24,000 nt of DNA from Thermoanaerobacteraceae bacterium (lineage in GTDB: Bacteria; Bacillota; JADQBR01): assembly GCA_017656305.1 (NCBI GenBank), contig JACDOG010000002.1, forward strand, positions 18,121 to 42,120, read 5' to 3'. Position numbers and translations under genes: made by a program. Position 1 is the stretch's first letter. Each line of letters opens with the position of its first letter. The notes beneath the pieces are model-generated. The model ran no database searches. It saw only the letters and a program-made list of their open reading frames with translations, and was not told the DNA's origin. This document shows positions 1 to 8,594 of the stretch, in pieces.

Positions 1-669
1 TTTGTTTATGACGCGGTGCTGGAAGCAATCGGTTCCGGAATCAAATTTATCTTTATTGCCACTGAAAATGTTCCCCAACTGGATGCCGTAAAATTCCTGG
101 CCCTGGCCCGTCGCGAAGGGGTGCGCATAGTAGGGCCGAATTCGGTAGGGATTATCAGTCCTGGCGAAAGGATGAAAGTGGGTGCTATTGGAGGGGATAA
201 TGTGGAACGGTGCTTTGTCCCCGGTCACGTGGGCGTTATTTCCCGCTCGGGAGGGATGACTGCGGAAACTTCGTGGATGGTTAAGAAAGCGGGCTTTGGC
301 GTCAGCACCAGCATCAGTATTGGCGGTGACCCCTTGATTGGCTCAACCCCGGTGGACCTGCTGGAGTTATTTGAGAATGACCCCGATACCCACGCGGTGG
401 TAACTTTCTCTGAGCCGGGAACCCGGTTTGAAGAAGATATGGCGGAATTTGTTGCCCGGGGGGGATTCACCAAACCCCTGATATCCTTTGTAGCCGGCCG
501 CTTTACTGAAACCTTGCCCGAAGGAACGGTGTTCGGCCATGCCGGGGCAATGATATCAGGCGGCACCGGCAAACCGTCCCAGAAGATGAAAAAACTCAGG
601 GAAGCAGGGGCATATGTTGCAGAGCAGTTTGATGACATTATCACTCTGTTACAGCAGGTATTGGGTTAG
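1..669 (+). CDS. sucD: Succinyl-CoA synthetase alpha subunit, C-terminal ~222 aa (5' end upstream of window)
   Basis: Frame 1 is open from base 1 (FVYDAVLEAIGSG...). SucD hallmarks are present: GPNSVGIISPG, SRSGGMTAE, SIGGDP and the phosphohistidine loop GHAGAMISGG. Stop TAG is at 667-669. Confidence 0.9.
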   Translation, partial: FVYDAVLEAIGSGIKFIFIATENVPQLDAVKFLALARREGVRIVGPNSVGIISPGERMKVGAIGGDNVERCFVPGHVGVISRSGGMTAETSWMVKKAGFGVSTSISIGGDPLIGSTPVDLLELFENDPDTHAVVTFSEPGTRFEEDMAEFVARGGFTKPLISFVAGRFTETLPEGTVFGHAGAMISGGTGKPSQKMKKLREAGAYVAEQFDDIITLLQQVLG

Positions 670-676
670 GGGGGAT

Positions 677-1276
677 ATGATGCTTGGAGACAACAGTTAT
701 GTACTGAGAAAACTTCACTCGCTCACCGGCATAATTCCCTTGGGCCTGTTCATTATGGAACACTTTTTTATCAATTCTTTTTTGCTCCAGGGCGAGGAGG
801 AGTTTGAAGGTGCGGTCAATTTTCTGCACCGGATACCCTACCTCTGGGTGCTTGAGTTGTTAATTGCCGCTGCCTTTGTATTTCATGCAGGTTACGGCCT
901 TTATATAGTTTTCACCGGCAAAAGCAATGTCGGCCGTTACGGTTACGTGAGAAACTGGTTGTTCTTGTTTCAGAGAATTACTGCAGTAGTAATTTTGGTT
1001 TTCCTGATTGTGCATGTATATACCTTGAGGTTTAGCGATTTGGAAATCACCTATGCGGCGCTTTCCCAGGCATTAAGCAGCGGTTTTATGGTGGCGATTT
1101 TAACCCTGGGAGTGCTAGCCACGGTGTTTCACCTGGCCAACGGAATTTCCACCTTTCTCATCTCCTGGGGAATTACTATTGGTTTAAGAGCCCAGCGTTT
1201 TTTCGGCTATGCTTCCCTATTTGTATTCTTCGTGTTATTACTGGTAGGTATTAATATCATCAGGTTGTTTGGCTAG
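677..1276 (+). CDS. sdhC: Succinate dehydrogenase / fumarate reductase dihaem cytochrome b subunit (Bacillus type)
   Basis: ATG at 677 follows a GGGGGG SD at 669-674. The 199-aa product has five hydrophobic helices with His in helices (MEHFF, FVFHAG, IVHVYT, VFHLANG), fitting bis-His ligation of two haems. It sits directly upstream of sdhA and sdhB. The ORF-track start at 614 overlaps sucD and lacks an SD. Confidence 0.85.
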   Translation: MMLGDNSYVLRKLHSLTGIIPLGLFIMEHFFINSFLLQGEEEFEGAVNFLHRIPYLWVLELLIAAAFVFHAGYGLYIVFTGKSNVGRYGYVRNWLFLFQRITAVVILVFLIVHVYTLRFSDLEITYAALSQALSSGFMVAILTLGVLATVFHLANGISTFLISWGITIGLRAQRFFGYASLFVFFVLLLVGINIIRLFG

Positions 1277-1288
1277 GGGGATGAACAA

Positions 1289-3049
1289 ATGGCTAAGGCA
1301 AAAATAATTGTCGTGGGTGGAGGATTGGCCGGGCTAATGACCACAGTAAAGGCTTTAGAGGCCGGGTTGGAAGTGGATTTATTTGCCTATGGGCCTTCAA
1401 AAAGGTCTCATTCAGCGTGTGCCCAGGGGGGGCTTAACGCCGCGGTGGACACCATGGGTGAAGGTGATACCCCCTGGGAACATTTTGATGACACCATCTA
1501 CGGTGGGGACTTTCTTGCCAATCAAACCCCTGTTAAGGGCATGTGTGAGACTGCACCTGATATAGTCTACCTCTTTGACCGGATGGGCACCATGTTTAAC
1601 CGCAGCAGCGAAGGTCGAATTTTGGTACGGCGGTTGGGTGGGGTAAAATACCACCGGACAGTGTTTGCCGGTGCCACCACAGGGCAGCAACTGCTGTATA
1701 CCTTGGATGAGCAGGTCCGGCGCTGGGAAGATAAAGGACTTGTCAACAGGTATGAAGGCTGGGAGTTTCTGTCGGCAGTGCTGGATGAGAACGGTGTCTG
1801 CCGGGGAATTACCGCCCAGGACCTAACTTCCATGGAAATTTGTTCATTTAAAGGTGACGCGGTGGTTATTGCTACCGGCGGTCCCGGAATGATTTTTGGA
1901 GAGACCACCAATTCCACCTTAAACACCGGTTATGCTGCCGGCCAGCTCTATATGCAGGGAGTAAATTATGCAAACGGGGAGTTTATTCAAATCCACCCCA
2001 CTGCTATACCGGGAGCAGATAAAAACCGCCTGATGTCGGAATCTGCTCGGGGTGAGGGGGGCAGGATTTGGACCTATAAGGACGGTAAACCATGGTACTT
2101 CCTGGAAGAGTGGTATCCTGCCTATGGAAACCTGGTGCCCCGGGATGTGGCCACCCGGGCCATTTTTAAGGTGTGTGTGGATATGGGTCTTGGTGTGGAC
2201 GGTAAAAACATGGTTTACTTGGATTTGTCCCATAAAGACCCCGAAGAGCTGGATAACAAGCTTGGCGGTATTTTGGAAATATACGAAAAATTTGGTGGTG
2301 ACGACCCCCGCAAGGTGCCTATGAAAATCTTCCCGGCAATGCATTATTCCATGGGGGGCCTTTGGGTGGATTTTAACCAGATGACAAATGTTACCGGGCT
2401 TTTTGCTGCCGGGGAATGTGAGTACCAGTATCACGGGGCCAACCGCCTGGGTGGTAACGGGATGCTGTCAGCCATTTACGGTGGACTGGTAGCAGGTCGT
2501 ACGGTGGTTGAGTATATCTCCGGTCAAGAATCCGGGCATAAAGCCAAGTCCTCCATCTTTGAATTTGAGGTAAGCAGGCAAAAAGAAGAATTTAAGCAGA
2601 TCTATAAAATGGAAGGTAAAGAAAATCCCTATGCCCTGCAGAAAGAACTGGGCGAGTGGATGACCAGGAACGTGACTGTGGTCAGGTACAATAACCGGCT
2701 GCAGGAAACTGACAATAAAATCCAGGAACTGATGGAACGGTATCATAATATCGGATTGGATAATCATAACTTCTGGTGCAACCAAAATGCTGTTTTTATC
2801 CGGCAGCTGTGGCGGCGCCTCCAACTGGCCCGGGTCATTACCCTGGGAGCCCTGGCCCGCAATGAAAGCCGCGGGGCCCACTACAAGCCGGAATTTCCTG
2901 ATAGGGATGATGAAAATTGGCTGAAAACAACCATTGCCGAATATACCGCCGACGGCCCGAAACTGAGCTATGAAGAAGTGGACATCCAGTATATCAAGCC
3001 CCGGGTCAGAAAGTATGACGTTGATAAGGAGGTGACCATGAATGGCTGA
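1289..3049 (+). CDS. sdhA: Succinate dehydrogenase / fumarate reductase flavoprotein subunit
   Basis: 586 aa. N-terminal FAD fold IIVVGGGLAGL, covalent-FAD histidine context RSHSACAQGG, and the motifs HPTAI, RLGGNGMLSAIYGG and ESRGAHYKPEFP. SD GGGGGA precedes the ATG. Confidence 0.95.
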   Translation: MAKAKIIVVGGGLAGLMTTVKALEAGLEVDLFAYGPSKRSHSACAQGGLNAAVDTMGEGDTPWEHFDDTIYGGDFLANQTPVKGMCETAPDIVYLFDRMGTMFNRSSEGRILVRRLGGVKYHRTVFAGATTGQQLLYTLDEQVRRWEDKGLVNRYEGWEFLSAVLDENGVCRGITAQDLTSMEICSFKGDAVVIATGGPGMIFGETTNSTLNTGYAAGQLYMQGVNYANGEFIQIHPTAIPGADKNRLMSESARGEGGRIWTYKDGKPWYFLEEWYPAYGNLVPRDVATRAIFKVCVDMGLGVDGKNMVYLDLSHKDPEELDNKLGGILEIYEKFGGDDPRKVPMKIFPAMHYSMGGLWVDFNQMTNVTGLFAAGECEYQYHGANRLGGNGMLSAIYGGLVAGRTVVEYISGQESGHKAKSSIFEFEVSRQKEEFKQIYKMEGKENPYALQKELGEWMTRNVTVVRYNNRLQETDNKIQELMERYHNIGLDNHNFWCNQNAVFIRQLWRRLQLARVITLGALARNESRGAHYKPEFPDRDDENWLKTTIAEYTADGPKLSYEEVDIQYIKPRVRKYDVDKEVTMNG

Positions 3050-3791
3050 TACTATCAGGTTAAAGATTAAACGCCAGGAGAATGCAGAGTCCCAGCCGTA
3101 CTGGGAAGAATTTGACGTCCCTTACCAGAAAAACATGAATGTGATTTCAGCCCTGATGGAAATCCAGCTGAACCCCGTAAACGCCAAGGGTCAAAAAACC
3201 ACCCCGGTGGTATGGGACTGCAGCTGCCTGGAAGAAGTGTGCGGTGCCTGTACCATGATTATCAATAAAAAGGCCCGCCAGGCCTGCTCTGCACTGGTGG
3301 ACCAACTGGACAAACCCATTGTCCTGGAACCTCTCACCAAGTTTCCGGTGGTCTGTGACTTGATGGTGGACCGTCAAATCATGTTTGAATATCTTAAAAA
3401 GGTAAAGGCATGGATTGATGTGGACGGCTATTATTTCGCCGGCCCGGGCCCCCGAGTTCCGGAGAAAGTGCGTCGCTTTGCCTATGACCTCTCCCGGTGC
3501 ATGACCTGCGGATGCTGCATGGAGGCCTGCCCCAACGTCAATGACAAGTCAACATTTATGGGACCTGCCGTTATTGCCCAGACACGGCTTTTCACCTTAC
3601 ATCCCACGGGAGAAGCCAACAAAGAGGAAAGACTGGACGCTATCAGCGGCAAGGGTGGTGTGGCAGAGTGCGGCAATGCCCAAAACTGCATTCAGGTCTG
3701 TCCTAAAGGTTTACCATTACGCAGGGCTATCGGTGAAATGAACAGGTTGACCTTTAGCCACTCCCTGAAGAAGTGGTTGAAGGCCGAGTAG
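3042..3791 (+). CDS. sdhB: Succinate dehydrogenase / fumarate reductase iron-sulfur subunit
   Basis: 249 aa with three Cys groups: CSCLEEVCGAC...C (2Fe-2S), CMTCGCCMEACP (4Fe-4S) and CGNAQNCIQVCP (3Fe-4S). The start overlaps the sdhA stop by 8 nt, consistent with translational coupling. Confidence 0.93.
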   Translation: MADTIRLKIKRQENAESQPYWEEFDVPYQKNMNVISALMEIQLNPVNAKGQKTTPVVWDCSCLEEVCGACTMIINKKARQACSALVDQLDKPIVLEPLTKFPVVCDLMVDRQIMFEYLKKVKAWIDVDGYYFAGPGPRVPEKVRRFAYDLSRCMTCGCCMEACPNVNDKSTFMGPAVIAQTRLFTLHPTGEANKEERLDAISGKGGVAECGNAQNCIQVCPKGLPLRRAIGEMNRLTFSHSLKKWLKAE

Positions 3792-3870
3792 AAAGGAAGT
3801 GTATTATTTCACCGCCAAGTTGGCTAAAAGGCTGGTTTTTATGTAAAAGATATAGGATATTTTATTTAAA

Positions 3871-3916
3871 GCAGTGCTCGGTTCGCCGAAACCGTTCACT
3901 GCTTCTTTTATTTTTC
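3871..3916 (+). terminator. Rho-independent terminator of the sdh operon
   Basis: gcagtgctcggt (3871-3882) pairs with accgttcactgc (3891-3902): 6 bp, a 2-nt mismatch, then 4 bp. It is followed by ttcttttatttttc. Confidence 0.65.
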
Positions 3917-4068
3917 TAAATAATCAATTGTAGTAGCACTACTGGTGCTGAATGGAACGGATTTTGCACTAGATGGGATAGTGGAATATTTTGACCTTGA
4001 CGCTTCAGTGAGAATGTTTCTTCAAACTACTTTTTAGGCACTTGCAAAACTAACAAACTTTAAAAACT

Positions 4069-4096
4069 AAAAAAAGCCCTTAAGACCATGTTAAGG
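4069..4096 (-). terminator. Weak terminator-like hairpin on the minus strand, downstream of the integrase remnant
   Basis: On the minus strand, ccttaa-catggtc-ttaagg (6-bp stem) is followed by gcttttttt. Confidence 0.3.
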
Positions 4097-4205
4097 ACTG
4101 TTGCTAACAAGTTTTAATTTTTTCTTGGAAACTTAATAACTCACCTAACTTTCTGGCTGAAATTATGCAACAAGCCAACGTAAAGACCTAATCTTTTCGT
4201 TAGAT

Positions 4206-4424
4206 TTAGACCTTAACGATACTAGAGCAACAACATCGCCTGACGTGTATCTGCTTTTGCTCAAAATCTACATCCTCCCAACGCAGCCCCAAGAGCTTTG
4301 CTTGGTGCATACCAGTAAATAAAGCGACAGTGATTAAATCCTCATCCGGATGGCCTTCTGCAGCCTTTAAGAGCTTGTCTACACCAGCCTTAAACGGGGT
4401 CCAAAATACGATCCAGCAGTCCAC
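4206..4424 (-). pseudogene. Truncated tyrosine recombinase (phage-integrase family) fragment, ~70 aa
   Basis: The translation ...VDKLLKAAEGHPDEDLITVALFTGMHQAKLLGLRWEDVDFEQKQIHVRR matches the start of the tyrosine-recombinase catalytic domain (TG.R..EL..L.W.DVD......I.V). There is no N-terminal SAM-like domain and no downstream R/H-x-x-R/Y catalytic part. The frame ends in CCCSSIVKV-stop. Confidence 0.6.
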
Positions 4425-4477
4425 CTCCCCTTTTTGTCTAATGTTATCTAATTTTGTCGAAACCCTATAAGAAAGCT

Positions 4478-4508
4478 AAAACTACTACCGGTTGTTGGTA
4501 GTAGTTTT
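4478..4508. terminator. Perfect 12-bp hairpin (possible bidirectional terminator) between the disrupted gene and the integrase fragment
   Basis: aaaactactacc (4478-4489) and ggtagtagtttt (4497-4508) are perfect inverted repeats with the 7-nt loop ggttgtt. A/T runs form the stem ends on both strands. Confidence 0.5.
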
Positions 4509-4565
4509 AATAGTTGCTAGGATGAAATTATACATTTCTTGCATTTATTAACATTGTGCTATCAA

Positions 4566-5164
4566 TTAAAGCTGAGTTTTCTGCCCCTTATTAATCCGCC
4601 AAACCCTGTTTTCGGATTTATTGGTATCGTTAAATGTGGCAAGATAAACTTCAATATCTTTGTTGTCAACTAACTTTAACACGTCGTCTGAGCTAAGCAA
4701 TAGAGCAGAGGAAGGGGACTAGTCTCTTCTAGAGTTATTGTTGGAAAGCCGATAAAAGTGAACAATGAATTTATTTTGAACGTTAGAGTCTGGATGGCAA
4801 AGGCGTTCAATGTCGTCTATCAAATGTTTTTCGGGCTCATTCAAGCCAAACTCAACCACTGAGTTTTTAGATAGTCGTATGAAGGTTCCTTACCTGGCAA
4901 AGTGGAGGGCGGATTTTGAATTACCGCAATGTCCCAATTCTGTCTCCGTGGTTTGCCCAGCGTCCCCGCAGTTGGATACTCTTTCTGGATCACGCAAATC
5001 TTTTTTCCTTCCCAGTTGATGTATCGTGCAGCAGGAGGAAGAGCGTTATAAAGTGCGGAATAGAAGCGGGCATGCAGCCCGTGTTCGGTATAACAAAGAT
5101 ATGGGAATTTACTGAACTCTCTGCAAAAATCTTCGATAACATTTCGAACAATGTGTTCCACCAT
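4566..5164 (-). pseudogene. Disrupted gene of unknown function (~199 codons when repaired): one frameshift plus one in-frame TAG
   Basis: ORF 5164-4841 has SD GAGGTGA and a 107-aa product (...EYPTAGTLGKPRRQNWDIAVIQ...). It stops at TGA 4841-4843. Protein-like translation then continues in another frame (VEFGLNEPEKHLIDDIERLCHPDSNVQNKFIVHFYRLS...), hits an in-frame TAG at 4719-4721, and runs on (SPSSALLLSSDDVLKLVDNKDIEVYLATFNDTNKSENRVWRINKGQKTQL) to TAA at 4566-4568. Confidence 0.6.
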
Positions 5165-5200
5165 ACTATCACCTCGTTTGGAAAGCCTGATGACAGCTTT

Positions 5201-5515
5201 TTAGTCAATTTGGCTAAAATCAAAATCATATTCGGCAAGCCTTTTTTCACAAATCGCCCTGTCAGCATCAGTAAATAGCTCTTTGTATTTCTTTTTCAAA
5301 ACCAAGGCTTCTACGGACAAATCTAAGCGTTTCATTTCCCAAAGTTTTCGAAACCCTTCAGTTCCGCCTTCTTTATGTATTAACTGCTTCGCGGCTTCAA
5401 CGCCACCCTTTTCAATTACCAGCTGTAGGAATCTTGTAGGGGTATATTTACATTCCTTTTTTGCTCTGAGATATATATTTATCATGTCTTCGTGAAATTG
5501 TTGTTTTAGGTCCAT
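5201..5515 (-). CDS. Hypothetical helical protein, 104 aa
   Basis: ATG at 5515-5513 is preceded by SD AAGGAGGGG with 6-nt spacing. The product MDLKQQFHEDMINIYLRAKKECKYTPTRFLQLVIEKGGVEAAKQLI...WEMKRLDLSVEALVLKKKYKELF looks like a genuine conserved small protein, but I cannot name the family. It lies 36 nt upstream of the disrupted gene on the same strand. Confidence 0.6.
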   Translation of the reverse strand: MDLKQQFHEDMINIYLRAKKECKYTPTRFLQLVIEKGGVEAAKQLIHKEGGTEGFRKLWEMKRLDLSVEALVLKKKYKELFTDADRAICEKRLAEYDFDFSQID

Positions 5516-5950
5516 TGTAGACCCCTCCTTCTTTAACAATTTGATAGTCGAGAATATTCATTTTACCTTGTATCCAACTGGCTTTATCTTCTCATAAAGT
5601 TATTTGCAGGTGGGTCGTATTCTTCAATTGGGGGATCATAGCTTTCTTTCCCGCAGGCTGGCGCAGCTTTTTTGCTTCGCCTTAATTCATACCCCAGATA
5701 TCGCAAAAAGCATGACAACCGAGGACAGGCAAAGTTGGGTCGGAGGCGTAGCCGGAGCCGTTTCCAGCGTTGTAAGCGATGTTTGCAAGACCCACAAAAT
5801 CCTTTTTGAAACAATAATCCACCTGTTGAAGTGGTTCGTTAACAGCCTGCTTCCGGAGGTTTTAGTAAAACACGGTCCCTTTTAAAGAAAATCGTATTAT
5901 TTTGGCACTGTCTGAGGATGAGTCGCTATCTTTTCTCTTATATCTATCAG

Positions 5951-6190
5951 TTACATAAACCGTTTGTCTTTTGATAAAAAATACATTATAACCAGTCCAC
6001 TAATTCCTCCCAGAGTAAAAGGCAAAAACCTACGTAAAAAATTAATAATCGTAAATCCCTCTTTTGAAATAAATGCATTTACAATACTTACAATAGTTAT
6101 CCCAATCATATAGGAAAAAAAGAACTTTTTTTGATAGTCTCTTGATACTAGTCTTTCTCTAGCTTTTTTGTCCCATTTCAAAATAAACAA
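5951..6190 (-). CDS. Hypothetical small membrane protein (two predicted TM helices)
   Basis: 79-codon ORF with two hydrophobic stretches (FFFSYMIGITIVSIVNAFI and FLPFTLGGISGLVIMYFL). Only TTG starts are available and a GAAAGGA SD-like sequence lies upstream. AT-rich island context. Confidence 0.4.
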   Translation of the reverse strand: MFILKWDKKARERLVSRDYQKKFFFSYMIGITIVSIVNAFISKEGFTIINFLRRFLPFTLGGISGLVIMYFLSKDKRFM

Positions 6191-6665
6191 ATCCTTTCTG
6201 TTACAGAATAAGTTGTGGGGTTTAGAAATTTGTTTGTAAAAGAAAAGTAACCAATTTCTTTATATATTATTAACAAATAAGGTTGTTGTTTTCAGAAAAT
6301 TAAAGACAATTTCCTTCCTGCTGGGGAGTGAGGGGCGAAGTTTTTGATATGGGGGTGGAACCTCCATTATTGTTTGTTCTTTCTACATAAATTGTTTCTG
6401 TAGTAAACTCAAATTAATTTAAAACCAGTGTTAATCTTCTTGTAATTTAGGTCTTATTTCTGAAGGGTAATTTCTGTTGTGGTACTTTATTGGAATTAAT
6501 AAATTTATTTCTAATTATCTCCGAATTAATCTTTAATATTTTGTAAATTCAATAGACATTATTTATTTCCTCTTATATCAAACAATAGAATCAAAATCAA
6601 ATTGTGGAAAAGGTTGGATGAATAGTTTATAATTTACACGAAGATTGATTGAAAGGAGTTTTAGT

Positions 6666-6737
6666 ATGAAACAGTTTTTATGGTTTGCGGGCTTTATGAT
6701 TTTACTGAGTATCATTGGTGGTTTCTTTTGCTACTGA
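6666..6737 (+). CDS. 23-aa hydrophobic peptide MKQFLWFAGFMILLSIIGGFFCY
   Basis: ATG at 6666 follows SD GAAAGGAG (6651-6658) with 7-nt spacing. A TATAAT hexamer lies at 6629-6634. The peptide is a single TM-length hydrophobic segment. It could also be the N-terminal stub of a decayed membrane-protein gene. Confidence 0.4.
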   Translation: MKQFLWFAGFMILLSIIGGFFCY

Positions 6738-7073
6738 GTATAACACTTATAGAATAAAAAAATCTAACATTGACTAGAAAATAAAATTTTGTAGCGGTTA
6801 TTGGTGCGAATTACTTTACATATTTATTTTCGTTAGAGGATCAAAGCATATTATTTTATTAGTAGCAGCATTAATGCTAATTGGTTCTACTATCATGAAC
6901 ATTTTTGATGTTGATATAGTAAAAGGTTCAAGGAATAAGCGTAACGCTTTTATTGCTACTCTTATTCCTAATCATAGGAGTTAGTACTAAGGTCGCCTTA
7001 CCACAATTTATCATACAGCTTTTTGTTATTAATTTTTTTGTTAATAGACAGCGTTAATGGGAGGTCAAAAATA

Positions 7074-7511
7074 ATGAGTGAAAAAAGGATAGCCATAATT
7101 ACCTGTTCTAATGCTACTCAGGAATTAGACTGTTGTTCTGTTTCTTGTTTGAGAGATTTATATAAAAGATTAGGGAGCTTTAAGCGATATCCTCCAGAAG
7201 AGCCCCTCCGTTTAATAGGCATAATTAGTTGTGCTGGCTGTCCAACCGTTGCTTATCCTGAAAAAATTTTACGGAAGATAAATTCTTTAGTTCAGTTTAG
7301 GGTTGGTTATATCCACTTTACCTATTGTATGGTGGCTCTCTGTCCATTTCTTAAAAAGTATACTGACGTTATTAAAAAAGCTTATCCAAATATAGAACTT
7401 GTAGAAGGCACTCATGAAGCTCATATAAGTCATGACGAATTTAGGGAAAAAGTTGTTTGCGCTTTCAAGAGCAATAAGAAAATGCCTGATGTTATTTTGG
7501 GCAGAGTTTAA
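7074..7511 (+). CDS. CGGC-domain (Cys/His-rich, probable metal-binding) protein, 145 aa
   Basis: ATG at 7074 follows SD GGGAGG (7059-7064). The product MSEKRIAIITCSNATQELDCCSVSCL...IGIISCAGCPTV...FTYCMVALCPF...EGTHEAH has the layout of the CGGC domain family, with CAGC in place of CGGC. Confidence 0.7.
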   Translation: MSEKRIAIITCSNATQELDCCSVSCLRDLYKRLGSFKRYPPEEPLRLIGIISCAGCPTVAYPEKILRKINSLVQFRVGYIHFTYCMVALCPFLKKYTDVIKKAYPNIELVEGTHEAHISHDEFREKVVCAFKSNKKMPDVILGRV

Positions 7512-7689
7512 TAGATTCCACCCAACTTTGCTAAAGCGTTTGATATAATCCCCGACTGAATTACGGGTAACTGATAGCAGTTCTGCTACTTAGGAAGTTG
7601 AATGCCATTTTTCTCTTTTTATGCCAATCAAAGATACCCCTCCTTTCGGCAAAAAAGTAAAGGGCGGTAATTGCCCTCAAAAATTTCTT

Positions 7690-7890
7690 CTACTATATGG
7701 TGTGTTAGGGTAACAAAAAAAACAAGATAGTAAACGCACTTTTTATGCATAAAATGGGAGGTTTACCCACCTACTATATAGTCCGTTAGATAATCCAAAA
7801 AGCAAGGATAGTAACAGACTTTTTTGCCTGGACAGGAATTTATTATATAGTCCGTTAGAGAACCAAAAATACAAGGAGTCAAGTAGATTA
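7690..7890 (+). repeat. Three imperfect tandem copies of a ~50-55 nt unit (starts ~7690, 7771, 7841)
   Basis: R1 is ctactatatggtgtgttagggtaacaaaaaaaacaagatagtaaacgcacttttt. R2 is ctactatatagtccgttagataatccaaaaagcaaggatagtaacagactttttt. R3 is ttattatatagtccgttagagaaccaaaaatacaaggagtcaagtag. R1 and R2 each end in a 7-bp stem closing on a T-run. Confidence 0.75.
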
Positions 7891-8104
7891 TGAGGACTTA
7901 ATAAAAAACCTGGACGAAAGATATGCGGGGAAATCCGAATACAGGACAGTACAACCTCGTATTCCGTTTCAGGCCGAAGTGAAAATGTTGGTGCTTGGAG
8001 CGCAGGTATAGGAACAGCTAACGGATGGGCTTGGGTAAGAAAAAAGTTACTACAGCACTAACTGGAAGGCGTTGGGTACCATAAATTACTAGCGGAAAAG
8101 GGGC

Positions 8105-8527
8105 GTGATCGGCGTACGGTGTAATAGGATAATAGTAGGTGTTTATTTTTTATTGATGCTACTGGTAATTACATTGATTAATAGTATGTCTGATTCCCCC
8201 GAAACTATTGTTAAAGAAACTATTCAAGATATTCTTTTGGGGAATCAACCTACCATAGATATTATGGCAGATGACCTGGAAAAAATTGTTGAATTTAGAA
8301 ATTATCTTAGACTAAACAATTTAAACTCTATAGATATATTGGTTCGCAGAGATAATCAGGAGCGATATCTTGCAAGAATCGAGGCGTTCAAGTATCATCC
8401 AAATGGTGACATAGCGAACATTTTTTATGGTTACCTATCGATGAATTTACTAAGAAAAAATGGGGAATGGGTAATAACTAATATAGAAATTTTAAAGCCA
8501 CTAGGAGAGGCCGAATACGAGGATTAA
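8105..8527 (+). CDS. Hypothetical membrane-anchored protein, 140 aa
   Basis: GTG start follows GGAAAAGGGG. There is an N-terminal TM segment (IIVGVYFLLMLLVITLI) followed by a ~110-aa soluble domain. A terminator lies downstream. Confidence 0.55.
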   Translation: MIGVRCNRIIVGVYFLLMLLVITLINSMSDSPETIVKETIQDILLGNQPTIDIMADDLEKIVEFRNYLRLNNLNSIDILVRRDNQERYLARIEAFKYHPNGDIANIFYGYLSMNLLRKNGEWVITNIEILKPLGEAEYED

Positions 8528-8565
8528 AAATTTTCGAAAAGTCGGAGTATTGATGGGTTTTGAGT

Positions 8566-8594
8566 GAAGGCTCATGAGATGGCCTTCGTTTTTT
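8566..8594 (+). terminator. Rho-independent terminator
   Basis: gaaggc (8566-8571) pairs with gccttc (8582-8587) around a 10-nt loop, followed by g + tttttt. Confidence 0.7.

Noticed and set aside
1383-3691. Numerous 60-170 aa ORFs antisense to or out of frame with sdhA and sdhB (for example 1412-1690 -, 1919-2434 -, 2468-2881 -, 3147-3377 -).
   Set aside because: They lie wholly inside well-supported genes, have no SD, and their translations are low-complexity and Pro/Arg/Gly-skewed. This is typical of shadow ORFs on the opposite strand of moderately GC-rich genes.
3917-4205. Expected a tRNA or tmRNA integration target next to the integrase fragment.
   Set aside because: Reading both strands showed no cloverleaf-compatible sequence: no GTTCRANYC T-loop with a matching acceptor stem. 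tRNAscan-SE or Aragorn would settle it.
5584-5885. Overlapping ORFs 5584-5814 (-) and 5604-5885 (+), plus a start-less minus-strand frame giving ...EPLQQVDYCFKKDFVGLANIAYNAGNGSGYASDPTLPVLGCHAFCDIWGMN.
   Set aside because: Neither annotated ORF has an SD or a convincing composition (RLRLRLRP and similar). The start-less frame looks more protein-like, so this is probably another gene remnant. I cannot define its boundaries or family, so it is not called as a feature.
7690-7890. Possible CRISPR array or preQ1-I riboswitch copies, because of the repeats and the A-rich tail ending in CAAGG.
   Set aside because: There are only three copies, they are imperfect, and their spacing is unequal (81 and 70 nt), with no spacer-like unique segments of constant length. 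That rules out CRISPR. No 5-bp P1 hairpin with the conserved preQ1 loop precedes the A-tract, so the riboswitch resemblance is superficial.
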